Assembly (NCBI GenBank): GCA_046331285.1
Contig: JAXLRD010000013.1
Span: 18,700 to 82,699 of the forward strand
Length of the DNA stretch: 64,000 nucleotides
Source of the DNA: Vicinamibacteria bacterium
GTDB taxonomy: Bacteria; Acidobacteriota; Vicinamibacteria; Fen-336
Reading direction: 5' to 3'
The notes beneath the pieces were generated by a model. That model did not search any database. It saw nothing but the letters and a program-made list of their open reading frames with translations, and was not told where the DNA came from. Both the position numbers and the translations under genes were made by a program. Position 1 is the first letter of the stretch, and the number at the start of each line of letters is the position of its first letter. Shown in pieces: positions 49,499-58,028 of the stretch.

Positions 49499-50263
49499 TC
49501 AGCCCCAGAGGCCGGTCACGCGGGCGATGCGCCCGTCGGCCGCGAGCTCGAAGACGTTCGTCCCGCGGGCGCGCTCGGCGCCGTCGGGCCCCTTCGCCAC
49601 CCAGTCGACGAGGGCCGTACCCTGGCACTGCCGCGCCTCGCCCAGTCGCTCGAGCACCACGCCAGGCATGAAGCGCTGGGCGGCGGAAACGTGCGCGTCG
49701 AGATCGTCCCGGCCCTCGAGGCACGAGTACGGATCGCGGAACGCCACGTCCGGCAGCACGAGCGCCTCGATCGCGGCCCGGCGCCGCGACGGGTCCGTCT
49801 CGGCCCACAGGGCGAAGAAGCGGTCGGCGACGGCGGACGCCCCGGCGTGCGCCTCGAGCGCCACGACGTGAGCGAACACCGAGAGGTGGTACCGCCAGCC
49901 CTGGACGTGCGCCTCGGCCGCCTGCGCCGACGGCAGCTCGTGCCGCAGCCGCAGGATCGTGCCGCGCGGCGACTCCTCGAGGCGGATGGTGACGCGCGAG
50001 CCGCCGATCGGCACCGGGTCGCCGCTCGCGTAGCCGAAGGTGAAGACGATCCGGTGCACCGGCTCGATCTCGACGACCGCGCCGCCGGCCTCGACGCCGT
50101 TCGGGTAGCGGATGCGGACGGCCCCGCCGGGCCGCGGGTCGATCGTCGAGCCTTCGCCCCACCACGCGGCGAAGCGCGCGGAGTCGGTGAAGAAGCCGAA
50201 CACCGTCTCCCGCCGCGCCGCGATCGTCACCGTGCGCTCGACGACGTGCTCCCGTCCCTTCAT
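49499..50263 (-). CDS. SRPBCC (AHSA1-like) domain fused to a SnoaL/NTF2-like domain
   Basis: RTVTIAARRETVFGFFTDSARFAAWWG... (AHSA1 fold), then a C-terminal 110 aa that is NTF2-like. ATG 50263 forms an ATGA overlap with the ArsR stop. Confidence 0.75.
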   Translation of the reverse strand: MKGREHVVERTVTIAARRETVFGFFTDSARFAAWWGEGSTIDPRPGGAVRIRYPNGVEAGGAVVEIEPVHRIVFTFGYASGDPVPIGGSRVTIRLEESPRGTILRLRHELPSAQAAEAHVQGWRYHLSVFAHVVALEAHAGASAVADRFFALWAETDPSRRRAAIEALVLPDVAFRDPYSCLEGRDDLDAHVSAAQRFMPGVVLERLGEARQCQGTALVDWVAKGPDGAERARGTNVFELAADGRIARVTGLWG

Positions 50264-50640
50264 CGGCGGCTCCCCTTTCCGGAGCGGCGAGGCGCGCGCT
50301 CCGCGGCGCGGCGCGGCCGGCGCTCGTCCGGCGCCTCCCGCCGCTCCTCGCTCTGCGCGAGGCGGGCGAGGCGGGCCAGGGCGTCGTCCCACATCGCGTC
50401 GACCCAGTCGCGCAGCGGCCGCAGACCCTCCATGCGGAAGGCGTAGATGCGGCTCCGCCCGTCCTTCCTCACGCTCACGAGCCCGGCGCCCTCGAGGACG
50501 CCGAGGTGCTGCGACACGGCCCCGAACGTGAGGTCGCCGAGGGCCTCGTGGATCTCGCCCGCGCTGCGGTCCTTCCTCCGGACGACCTTCAGGATCTCGC
50601 GGCGGCGGGGAGCGGCCAGGGCGTGCAGCAGCTGGTCCAT
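50260..50640 (-). CDS. ArsR/SmtB family transcriptional regulator
   Basis: LHALAAPRRREILKVV...SAGEIHEALGDLTFGAVSQHLGVLEGAGLV is a winged HTH. Confidence 0.9.
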   Translation of the reverse strand: MDQLLHALAAPRRREILKVVRRKDRSAGEIHEALGDLTFGAVSQHLGVLEGAGLVSVRKDGRSRIYAFRMEGLRPLRDWVDAMWDDALARLARLAQSEERREAPDERRPRRAAERAPRRSGKGSRR

Positions 50641-50646
50641 GCGATT

Positions 50647-50676
50647 ATTTTAGTTGTCGCTAAAGCTATAAGTCAA
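50647..50676 (-). promoter_or_regulatory. near-consensus sigma70 promoter (TTGACT-N18-TAAAAT) ending 6 nt before the ArsR ATG, with the inverted repeat TTTAG-N6-CTAAA in the spacer
   Basis: Minus strand reads TTGACTtatagctttagcgacaacTAAAATaatcgcATG. The region is strikingly AT-rich for this sequence. Confidence 0.55.
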
Positions 50677-50713
50677 GCCTCGGCGGAGCCGGCGCGAGGG
50701 AGGCCGGGGACCT

Positions 50714-50719
50714 TAGAAT
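50714..50719 (+). promoter_or_regulatory. candidate -10 box TAGAAT 9 nt upstream of the EamA ATG
   Basis: ccTTAGAATcggtgacgcATG, with no SD. Confidence 0.4.
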
Positions 50720-50728
50720 CGGTGACGC

Positions 50729-51655
50729 ATGCCCGAGGGAGGAAGCTCGACGGCGATGGCGGTCGACATGCGGAAGGGCGCCCTCTACATGGTCGCCTCC
50801 GCGGTCCTCTTCGCGTCGATGGCGGCGTCGGTCCGCGTCGTCTCGCGCGAGCTGCCGAACGCGCCGATCGTGTTCTTCCGGCACTTCATCATGCTGGGGT
50901 TCCTGCTGCCGTGGCTCGCGCGCCAGGGCCGCCACGCGCTCGACACCGACGACCTGCCCGGCCACCTCGTCCGCGGCCTCGCGGGCGTGTCGGCCGTCGC
51001 CTGCTACTTCTACGCGATCGCCCGGCTGCGCCTGGCCGACGCGGTGCTGCTCAACCAGTCGATGCCGCTCTTCATCCCGCTCGTCGAGCGGCTCTGGCTG
51101 GGCGAGACGGTGCCCCGGCGGCTGTGGGGAGTCCTGGCCCTCGGCTTCGTCGGCCTGCTGTTCATCCTGAAGCCCGGCAGCGGCGTCTTCGAGCCCGCCG
51201 CCCTCGTGGGCCTCTCCTCGGCCGTGCTCGCCGCGATCGCCCAGGTCGGGATCCGCCGGCTCACGCGCACCGAGCCGGTGACGCGGATCGTCTTCTACTT
51301 CGGGCTCGTGGCCTCGGTCGTGGCCCTGCCCCCGGCTCTCTACAGCTGGCGGAGCCCCTCCCCGGCGGGCTGGGCCGTGCTGCTGCTGATGGGCGTCTTC
51401 GCGACGGTCGGCCAGCTCACCCTGACGCGCGCGTACGTCCACGCGCCGGCCGCGCGGGTCGGGCCCTTCCTCTACGTCGGGCCGGTCTTCGCGGGCGTTC
51501 TCGACTGGGCGCTGTGGGGGCGGCTGCCGGATCCGCTCTTCGTCGTCGGCGCGGTGCTCGTCGTGTCGGCGGCGACCCTCGCCCTGAAGCTGCGGCCGCG
51601 GGTGCCCCCGGCCCCGCCCGCGGCCACGCCGGAAGCGCCGAGCCCCGCGGCCTGA
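50729..51655 (+). CDS. DMT/EamA family transporter
   Basis: Ten helices in two EamA repeats (ALYMVASAVLFASMAA..., LLNQSMPLFIPL...). It is divergent from the ArsR gene. Confidence 0.85.
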   Translation: MPEGGSSTAMAVDMRKGALYMVASAVLFASMAASVRVVSRELPNAPIVFFRHFIMLGFLLPWLARQGRHALDTDDLPGHLVRGLAGVSAVACYFYAIARLRLADAVLLNQSMPLFIPLVERLWLGETVPRRLWGVLALGFVGLLFILKPGSGVFEPAALVGLSSAVLAAIAQVGIRRLTRTEPVTRIVFYFGLVASVVALPPALYSWRSPSPAGWAVLLLMGVFATVGQLTLTRAYVHAPAARVGPFLYVGPVFAGVLDWALWGRLPDPLFVVGAVLVVSAATLALKLRPRVPPAPPAATPEAPSPAA

Positions 51656-51679
51656 GCGGCGGGGCCCGGCGAGCGGGAC

Positions 51680-54406
51680 CTACGGCGCGAGCGTCTTCGC
51701 CGGGCCGGTGATCTCGACGCCCTGCGTGAGCACCATGGTCGTCCTCGCGTCGGCCGATCCGGTCTGCCCCGGCTGCTTGCCACCCACCGCGACGGTGTAC
51801 TTCCCGGGCTCGACGACCCGCTGGCCGTCCGCGGCGACGAGCGAGAACGCGCGCTCGTCGAGGGCGATCCGGACGAGGCGCTTCTCGCCGGGCTGGAGCG
51901 TCACCCGCTGGAAGCCCTTCAGCGACCGCACCGGCGCGTCGCCCTTCGGCTCGCTCGCCGCCACGTACACCTGCACCACCTCGTCGGCCTCGGTGCCGCC
52001 CTCGTTCTCGACCAGCACGGAGACGGCGGAGGCCGCGCCGGCCGCGAGCTTCTTCGGCGCCGACAGCTTCGAGTACTTGAAGCGGGCGTAGCTCAGGCCG
52101 TGGCCGAACGGGTAGAGCGGCTGGCCCGTGAAGTAGCGGTACGTGCGGCTCTTCATCGAGTAGTCGTCGAAGGGGGGAAGGTCCTCGACCGACCGGTAGA
52201 ACGTGACGGGCAGGCGCCCGCCGGGGCTCGTGTTGCCGAAGAGCACGTCGGCCACCGCGGTGCCGGCCGCCTGCCCGGGGTACCACGCCTCGAGGATCGC
52301 CGGCACGTTCTGGTCCGCCCATCCGAGGGACACCGCGGAGCCGCTCATCAGGACGAGCACGACGGGCTTGCCCGCGGCCGCGGCCACGACCTTTTCCATC
52401 AGCTCCTGCTGGACCTTCGGCAGCTCGAGGCTCGTGCGGTCGCCGCCGGCGAAGCCGTCGATCCGCAGCGGCATCTCCTCGCCCTCGAGCCGGGCGCTGA
52501 GGCCCATCACCATGACGACCGCGTCGGCCGACTTCGCCGCCGCCACCGCCTCGGCCGCCTCGTCGCCGCGGCCGGACGGCGTCTGCCACACGAGCTGCGC
52601 GATCGCGTCGTACTTCTCGTGCTCGAGCTCGACGCGGACCGGGTACGCGCGCCCCGCACGGAGGGTGAGCGGCGCGGTGATCGTGGCCGTCTCGTGGTCG
52701 CTGCGGCCCTGCGCCACCTGCTTGTCGTCGACGAAGAGCCGGCACTGGGTGGCGCAGGTGACGCCCACGACGTAGGCCCCCGTCTCCGGCGCGACGATCG
52801 CTCCCGTCCACCGCACGCTGAACGAGTCGTCGGCGAGGGCGGGGATCGGCGACTTGTCGGCCCAGTCGAAGTCGAGGGCGGCGTCGACGCGCCGCATCAC
52901 CGGCGAGCCGTCGAAGTGGCCGGCGAAGTAGGCGGCGTTGAGGCCCGGCTGCCGGTCGGGGCCCGCGCCCGTGAAGAGGACCGACGACGGCACCGGCCGC
53001 AGGTCCGGGACGCCGACGGCGCGGGGGCCTCCGCGGGCGTAGACGACTTTCGTGCCGCCGGCGGCGGCCGCGGCCCGGATCCCGGCGAGGAGGGTGACCG
53101 GGGCGAAGGGCGTCCCGTTGTAGTTGCCGACGAGCACCTCGGGGTCGTCCGCGTTCGGCCCGACGACCGCGATCGTGCCGCCGCCGCGGCGCAGCGGCAG
53201 CGTGTCCTTCTCGTTCTTGAGGAGCACGATCGACTTGCGCGCCGCCTCGAGCGCCGCCTGCTGGTGCTTCGCCGAGTTCACGACGGAGGCGTAGGTGTAG
53301 CCGGCCCAGGGCAGCTTCGCCGGCGGGTCGTAGACGCCGAGCTTCATCTGGGCGCGGAAGAGCCGGCGCAGGGCCCTGTCGACGTCGGCCTCCTTCACGA
53401 GGCCCTGCTTCACCGCCGCGTCGAGCTGCAGGTACGAGTCGGGATCGCCGGGCTCCCACGAGCCCGCCCCGCACTCGAGGTCCGTGCCGGCGAGGAGGGC
53501 CATCGCGGCGCCCTCGGCCGCGGTCCTCCGCGCGCGGTGCCCGCCGCTGATGTCCATGACCGCGCCGCAGTCGGACACGACGTAGCCCTGGAAGCCCCAC
53601 TCGCCGCGGAGGACCTTCCCGAGGAGCTCGTCGTTGCCGCAGGCGGGCTGGCCCCTGACGGCGTTGTACGAGCACATGACCGACTCCGCCCTGCCGTCGA
53701 CGACGAGGGCGCGGAAGGCCGGCAGGTAGGTCTCGCGGAGGTCGACCTCGCTCGGCCGCACGTCGGCGGAGTGCCTCGTCGACTCCGGACCGCTGTGGAC
53801 GGCGTAGTGCTTCGCCGTCGACACGGTCTTCAGGTAGCGGGGGTCGCTCCCCTGCATGCCCTTCACGAACTGCGTGCCCATCGCTCCGGTGAGGAAGGGG
53901 TCCTCGCCGTAGGTCTCCTGCCCCCGGCCCCATCGCGGGTCGCGGAAGATGTTGATGTTCGGCGACCAGAAGACGAGCCCCTGGTAGAGGTTCCGCTTGT
54001 CCCGCTTCAGGGAGTCGTTGTTCATCGCCCGCGCCTCGTCGGAGATCGCGGTCGCGACGCGCAGCATGAGCGGCTCGTCCCACGTCGCGGCGAGGCCGAT
54101 CGCCTGGGGGAACACGGTGGCCCGGCCCGCGCGGGCGACGCCGTGGAGCGCCTCGTTCCACCACGGGAAGCGCGGGATGCCGAGCCGCTCGACCGGGGCC
54201 GCCCGCTCGACCATCAGCGAGATCTTCTCGTCGAGGGTGAGCCGGCCGATCACGTCGTCGATCCGCTGCTCGATCGGCAGATCGGGGTTGCGGAACGGCA
54301 GGTCGGCCGGGGCGGGGTCCGGAGCCTGGGCGCGGGCGCCGAGCGGCACGACCGCGGCGAGGGCGAGGAGCGCGACGACGAGCGGCAGGGACCGGCGAGG
54401 GGTCAT
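51680..54406 (-). CDS. glycoside hydrolase family 3 (beta-glucosidase/xylosidase type) with a PA14 insertion; secreted
   Basis: Signal peptide ...PLGARAQA. LTLDEKISLM, WNEALHGV, RDPRWGRGQETYGEDP and GYVVSDCGA. A PA14 domain lies in the middle and an Fn3-like domain at the C-terminus. SD GGAGGA. Confidence 0.92.
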   Translation of the reverse strand: MTPRRSLPLVVALLALAAVVPLGARAQAPDPAPADLPFRNPDLPIEQRIDDVIGRLTLDEKISLMVERAAPVERLGIPRFPWWNEALHGVARAGRATVFPQAIGLAATWDEPLMLRVATAISDEARAMNNDSLKRDKRNLYQGLVFWSPNINIFRDPRWGRGQETYGEDPFLTGAMGTQFVKGMQGSDPRYLKTVSTAKHYAVHSGPESTRHSADVRPSEVDLRETYLPAFRALVVDGRAESVMCSYNAVRGQPACGNDELLGKVLRGEWGFQGYVVSDCGAVMDISGGHRARRTAAEGAAMALLAGTDLECGAGSWEPGDPDSYLQLDAAVKQGLVKEADVDRALRRLFRAQMKLGVYDPPAKLPWAGYTYASVVNSAKHQQAALEAARKSIVLLKNEKDTLPLRRGGGTIAVVGPNADDPEVLVGNYNGTPFAPVTLLAGIRAAAAAGGTKVVYARGGPRAVGVPDLRPVPSSVLFTGAGPDRQPGLNAAYFAGHFDGSPVMRRVDAALDFDWADKSPIPALADDSFSVRWTGAIVAPETGAYVVGVTCATQCRLFVDDKQVAQGRSDHETATITAPLTLRAGRAYPVRVELEHEKYDAIAQLVWQTPSGRGDEAAEAVAAAKSADAVVMVMGLSARLEGEEMPLRIDGFAGGDRTSLELPKVQQELMEKVVAAAAGKPVVLVLMSGSAVSLGWADQNVPAILEAWYPGQAAGTAVADVLFGNTSPGGRLPVTFYRSVEDLPPFDDYSMKSRTYRYFTGQPLYPFGHGLSYARFKYSKLSAPKKLAAGAASAVSVLVENEGGTEADEVVQVYVAASEPKGDAPVRSLKGFQRVTLQPGEKRLVRIALDERAFSLVAADGQRVVEPGKYTVAVGGKQPGQTGSADARTTMVLTQGVEITGPAKTLAP

Positions 54407-54423
54407 GAGTCCTCCGCGAACCG

Positions 54424-54438
54424 CCGGAAGTTACTTCC
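54424..54438. promoter_or_regulatory. perfect 15-nt palindrome CGGAAGTtACTTCCG in the GH3 leader region (candidate operator)
   Basis: It lies 18-32 nt upstream of ATG 54406. The stem would leave a 1-nt loop, so a DNA-binding site is more likely than an RNA hairpin. Confidence 0.35.
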
Positions 54439-54446
54439 GCCGCGCG

Positions 54447-54547
54447 ACGGAGGCAACAGGGACGGACCGACGGCCCTTCGGCTTGGGGACGGACATGAGG
54501 AAACGGATAACGGACAACGGACAACAGAAACGGACACGAACAACGGA
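54447..54547 (+). repeat. low-GC island with eight direct ACGGA pentamers (plus extra GGA motifs)
   Basis: ACGGA occurs at 54447, 54462, 54489, 54503, 54510, 54517, 54530 and 54543. The core reads aaACGGAtaACGGAcaACGGAcaacagaaACGGAcacgaacaACGGAtc. Confidence 0.8.
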
Positions 54548-54553
54548 TCTTCG

Positions 54554-54612
54554 CTGATCTCGAACCCTGCGCCGGCCCGCCAGTCGGCGGGCCGGCGCCC
54601 CTTCGAGATCAG
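54554..54612 (-). terminator. 59-nt near-perfect hairpin 10 nt downstream of the fadL stop
   Basis: ctgatctcgaa-ccct-gcgccggcccgcc-agtc-ggcgggccggcgc-ccc-ttcgagatcag, i.e. 11 + 13 bp stems. A T-rich stretch follows on the minus strand. Confidence 0.7.
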
Positions 54613-54621
54613 CTCAGGGCC

Positions 54622-55911
54622 TTAGAACCTGTACCCCAGTGCGATGCCCAGCGAGAAGCCCTTCGTCTGGTAGAGGCCGCTGTAGTCGTAGCGGTTCAGG
54701 TCCAGGGTCGAGCGGTCGCGGTACAGGAGGTAGCGGGCGACCCCGTCGACCCGCAGGTTCTCGTACTTGTACGACGCGCCGATCGAGAAGCCGTGGCGGT
54801 CCTCGTCGTGGAGGAACGGCGAGAGCGTCGGCGTCGGCTGGGGGCTGTGGTCGTAGCTGTAGCCGCCGCGGATCTCCCAGTCGTCGCCGACGAGGTACTC
54901 GATGCCGATCGCGCCCCGCCACGTGCTCTCGTAGTCCTGCGGCAGCGAGGTGTCGAGGGCCGGGGTGCTCGGGAAGGTGAAGGCGACCGCGTCGAACTGG
55001 CTCCAGAAGGTCCACGTCACGTCCGCCTCGACCGTCCAGTAGCGGCGGCGCAGGGCCGCGCCGGCGGTGAAGCTCGCCGGGTAGATGAACTGCGCGTTCG
55101 CGATCTGGCTGGCCGGCAGGCCCTTGCGGACGGCCTCGTCGACGGCGGTCACCCCGGTGAGGATCTGGACGAAGTCCGCCTGCGCCTCGTGGTCCATCTT
55201 CACCTTGTGGCGGTAGGACAGGCCGAGGGAGAAGTCCTCCGACGGGCTCGCGAGCAGGCCGACGTTGAAGCCGACGCCCACCTTGTTCCCGCTCTCGAAC
55301 GTCATCTCGGCGACGTCCGTGGGGACCGGGAACGGGTTCGGGTCCGCGCCGAGGCGCCGCACGTGCTTGAACTTCGAGAAGCGCACGTCGACGCCGGCGC
55401 CGATCGCGAGGCGGTCCTCGATCTTCCAGGCGAAGGTGGGGTTGATCGCGAAGGCGCGCACGCGGCAGTCCACGCACACGAAGCGGCCGGTGAACTGGTC
55501 CGGGGCGTCCCACTCGCTGCGGAAGCCGAACGGCACGTTGACGCCGACGCCGAAGGCCGCGCTCTCGCCGATCGGGTGGGAGTAGTAGACGGCCGGCAGC
55601 GCCCCGAGGCCGCGGCTCGAGTGCTCGAGCGTGCCCGCGGCGGGGTACGGCCCCGAGCCCGTGAAGTCGGTCGACAGTCCGCCGAAGAGCCCGCCGACGT
55701 AGATCCGCTGGCCCTTCAGGAAGGCGATCCCGGCCGCGTTGTAGTAGATCGCCGACGGGTCGGACGCCTGCGCGACGTACGCTCCGGCGAAGCCCATCGC
55801 GCGCGCGCCCTGGCTCTCGAGCGCGAAGCCCGACGCGTGGACCGAGGCGGGGACGGCGAAGAGCGGCAGCGCGAGGAGCGCCCGCAGCGTGCGTCGACGG
55901 AACGGGATCAT
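54622..55911 (-). CDS. fadL: outer-membrane long-chain fatty acid / hydrophobic compound transporter (FadL/OMPP1 family)
   Basis: Signal peptide, then SGFALESQGARAMGFAGAYVAQASDPSAIYYNAAG, beta-barrel strand periodicity and a C-terminal ...IALGYRF. Confidence 0.9.
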   Translation of the reverse strand: MIPFRRRTLRALLALPLFAVPASVHASGFALESQGARAMGFAGAYVAQASDPSAIYYNAAGIAFLKGQRIYVGGLFGGLSTDFTGSGPYPAAGTLEHSSRGLGALPAVYYSHPIGESAAFGVGVNVPFGFRSEWDAPDQFTGRFVCVDCRVRAFAINPTFAWKIEDRLAIGAGVDVRFSKFKHVRRLGADPNPFPVPTDVAEMTFESGNKVGVGFNVGLLASPSEDFSLGLSYRHKVKMDHEAQADFVQILTGVTAVDEAVRKGLPASQIANAQFIYPASFTAGAALRRRYWTVEADVTWTFWSQFDAVAFTFPSTPALDTSLPQDYESTWRGAIGIEYLVGDDWEIRGGYSYDHSPQPTPTLSPFLHDEDRHGFSIGASYKYENLRVDGVARYLLYRDRSTLDLNRYDYSGLYQTKGFSLGIALGYRF

Positions 55912-55971
55912 CGAACCTCCTTGACTGTGTGCGACGGACGGAGCGGTATCGGCACGAAGCGGAGCCTGGGC

Positions 55972-55980
55972 AGTATATCA
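55972..55980 (-). promoter_or_regulatory. candidate extended -10 promoter TGaTATACT for fadL
   Basis: Minus strand reads ...CTATCCaCTATCCggtggacTGATATACTgcc, about 60 nt upstream of ATG 55911. Confidence 0.4.
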
Positions 55981-56056
55981 GTCCACCGGATAGTGGATAG
56001 CCTGGATGCGACGCCCCAATCGGTGGTGTCGAAGCCGCCGAGCCGCGGGCGAGGGC

Positions 56057-57970
56057 TCAGGCGCGCCCAGACATGAAGCGCGCGACCTCCTCGATGTCGT
56101 GGACGAGGCGCGCCGGGGGCAGGCTCTCGAGGAAGCGCTTGCCGTACTGCTTGCGGACGAGGCGGCTGTCGAGGACGGCGAGGATGCCCCGGTCCCTCGC
56201 GCTGCGGATGAGGCGCCCGAGCCCCTGCTTGAGCATCAGCACCGCGACCGGCACCTGGTACTCGCCGAAGGCGTTCGCGCCGCGGCGGCGCAGGCGGTCG
56301 ATGCGCGCGGCGACGACGGGGTCGCCCGGCGAGGCGAAGGGGAGCTTGTCGACGATGACGCACGAGAGCTGCTCGCCCGCCACGTCGACGCCCTGCCAGA
56401 AGCTCGCGGTCGCGAGGAGCACCGCGTGCCGGGTCCGCCGGAACGTGTCGAGCAGCTGCGCCTTCGGCGCCTCGCCCTGCATCAGGAGCGGGAACTCCAC
56501 GCGCCCGGCGAGCCGCTCGGCGACGGCGTTCATGTTGGCGTACGAGGTGAACAGCACGAACGCGCGGCCGTGCGACAGCTCGAGGAGGCGCACGATCTCG
56601 TCGGCCGCCCGGTCGACGAAGGCCGGCTCGACCGGCTCGGGCATCCGGCCCGGCACGTAGAGGATCGCCTGCTCCTCGTACCGGAACGGCGACGGGAGCA
56701 TGAGCTCGGCCGTCGGCTCGATGCCCAGCCGGTCCTTCACGTACGCGAAGCCGCCGTCGACGGCGAGGGTCGCCGAGGTGAGGACCGCCGAGCGCACGTC
56801 GTCGACGAGCAGCTCCTTCAGCCGTCCCGCGACGTCGATCGGCGTCGCGCGGAGGTACACGCCGCGGCCGCGGGTCTCGACGAAGTAGACGTGGTCGTCG
56901 GCCTCGGCCTTCATCACGAACGCGAGCTCGCCGCCGAGGGACTGCGCGCGGGCGGCGAGCCCGGACAGGGGCTCGGGGCGGTCGGGCACTCCGAGGAGCG
57001 CGGCGCGCAGGCCCTCGACCCGCTGGAGGAGGCCCAGCGCGGGCTCCGCGGCCGCGCCCGTCACCCAGTCGGGCGTCAGCTTGCCGGGCCGGGCGCGCGC
57101 GAGGTGGCCGAAGAAGCGGTCGGCCCGCCCGCGCAGCCCCTCGACCTCGGCGCGGAGCTCGCGGGCGTCGAGGCTCGCCGCCTTCAGCTCGCGCTCGACG
57201 TCGCGGCAGAGGTCCTCGACGCGGTGCGACGACACGCTCACCCCGAAGTACTGCGTCGCGACGTCCTCGATGAGGTGCGCCTCGTCGAGGATCAGCGTGT
57301 CGTAGGGCGGGATCACCTGGCCGTAGCTGCCGTCCTTCACCGCGAGGTCGGCGCAGAGGAGGTGGTGGTTCACGACCACGATGTCGGCCTCGAGCGCCCG
57401 CTGCCGCATCCGCGTCACGAAGCACGAGTCGAAGAGCGTGCACGAGGAGCCGATGCAGTTCTCGCTCGCGGCCGAGACCTCGCGCCAGAAGTCGACCGTG
57501 TCCGGCATGTCCTCGATCTCGACGCGGTCCCCGGTCTCGGTGTGCGGCGCCCAGCCCTCGACGGCCCGGAAGACCGGAAGCTCCTCGAGCCTCCGGAAGG
57601 TGCCGGCCTTGCCGAACGAGGCGAACCGCAGGAGGCAGAGGTAGTTCGCCCGGCCCTTCATCACCGCCACGTTCAGGGTGCGGCCGAGCGCCTTCGCGAG
57701 GAGCGGGATGTCCTTCGAGACGAGCTGCTCCTGCAGGTTCTTCGTCCCGGTCGAGACGACCACCCGACGCCCGACGTCGACCGCGGGCAGCAGGTACGCG
57801 AGCGTCTTGCCGGTTCCGGTGCCGGCCTCGGCGAGGAGGAGCCCGCCCTGGTCGAGCACGTCGGCGACCGCCTCCGACAGCTTCCGCTGCGAGGGCCGCT
57901 CCTCGTAGCCCGGCAGCACGCGGGCGAGCGGCCCCTTCGGGGCGAAGAAGGCGGAGGGTAGCGTCGACAC
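56057..57970 (-). CDS. dinG: DinG/Rad3-family ATP-dependent DNA helicase
   Basis: AEAGTGTGKTLAYL (Walker A), ILDEAHLIED (DEAH), Cys residues for an FeS cluster in the arch region, and a helicase C_2 C-terminus. GTG start. Confidence 0.88.
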   Translation of the reverse strand: MSTLPSAFFAPKGPLARVLPGYEERPSQRKLSEAVADVLDQGGLLLAEAGTGTGKTLAYLLPAVDVGRRVVVSTGTKNLQEQLVSKDIPLLAKALGRTLNVAVMKGRANYLCLLRFASFGKAGTFRRLEELPVFRAVEGWAPHTETGDRVEIEDMPDTVDFWREVSAASENCIGSSCTLFDSCFVTRMRQRALEADIVVVNHHLLCADLAVKDGSYGQVIPPYDTLILDEAHLIEDVATQYFGVSVSSHRVEDLCRDVERELKAASLDARELRAEVEGLRGRADRFFGHLARARPGKLTPDWVTGAAAEPALGLLQRVEGLRAALLGVPDRPEPLSGLAARAQSLGGELAFVMKAEADDHVYFVETRGRGVYLRATPIDVAGRLKELLVDDVRSAVLTSATLAVDGGFAYVKDRLGIEPTAELMLPSPFRYEEQAILYVPGRMPEPVEPAFVDRAADEIVRLLELSHGRAFVLFTSYANMNAVAERLAGRVEFPLLMQGEAPKAQLLDTFRRTRHAVLLATASFWQGVDVAGEQLSCVIVDKLPFASPGDPVVAARIDRLRRRGANAFGEYQVPVAVLMLKQGLGRLIRSARDRGILAVLDSRLVRKQYGKRFLESLPPARLVHDIEEVARFMSGRA

Positions 57971-57976
57971 CGCGCC

Positions 57977-57982
57977 ATCTTA
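57977..57982 (-). promoter_or_regulatory. candidate -10 box TAAGAT 6 nt upstream of the dinG GTG
   Basis: Minus strand reads gcgttgTTAAGATggcgcgGTG. Confidence 0.35.
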
Positions 57983-58028
57983 ACAACGCGGCGTGGACAG
58001 GCCGGGACCGATGCGCGAGCATCCGCGC

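Noticed and set aside
51417-54524. 1035-aa minus-strand ORF in an alternative frame of the GH3 gene
   Set aside because: It lies on the same strand as the GH3 CDS but out of frame. The product is Arg/Pro-rich, whereas the GH3 frame matches the family along its full length.
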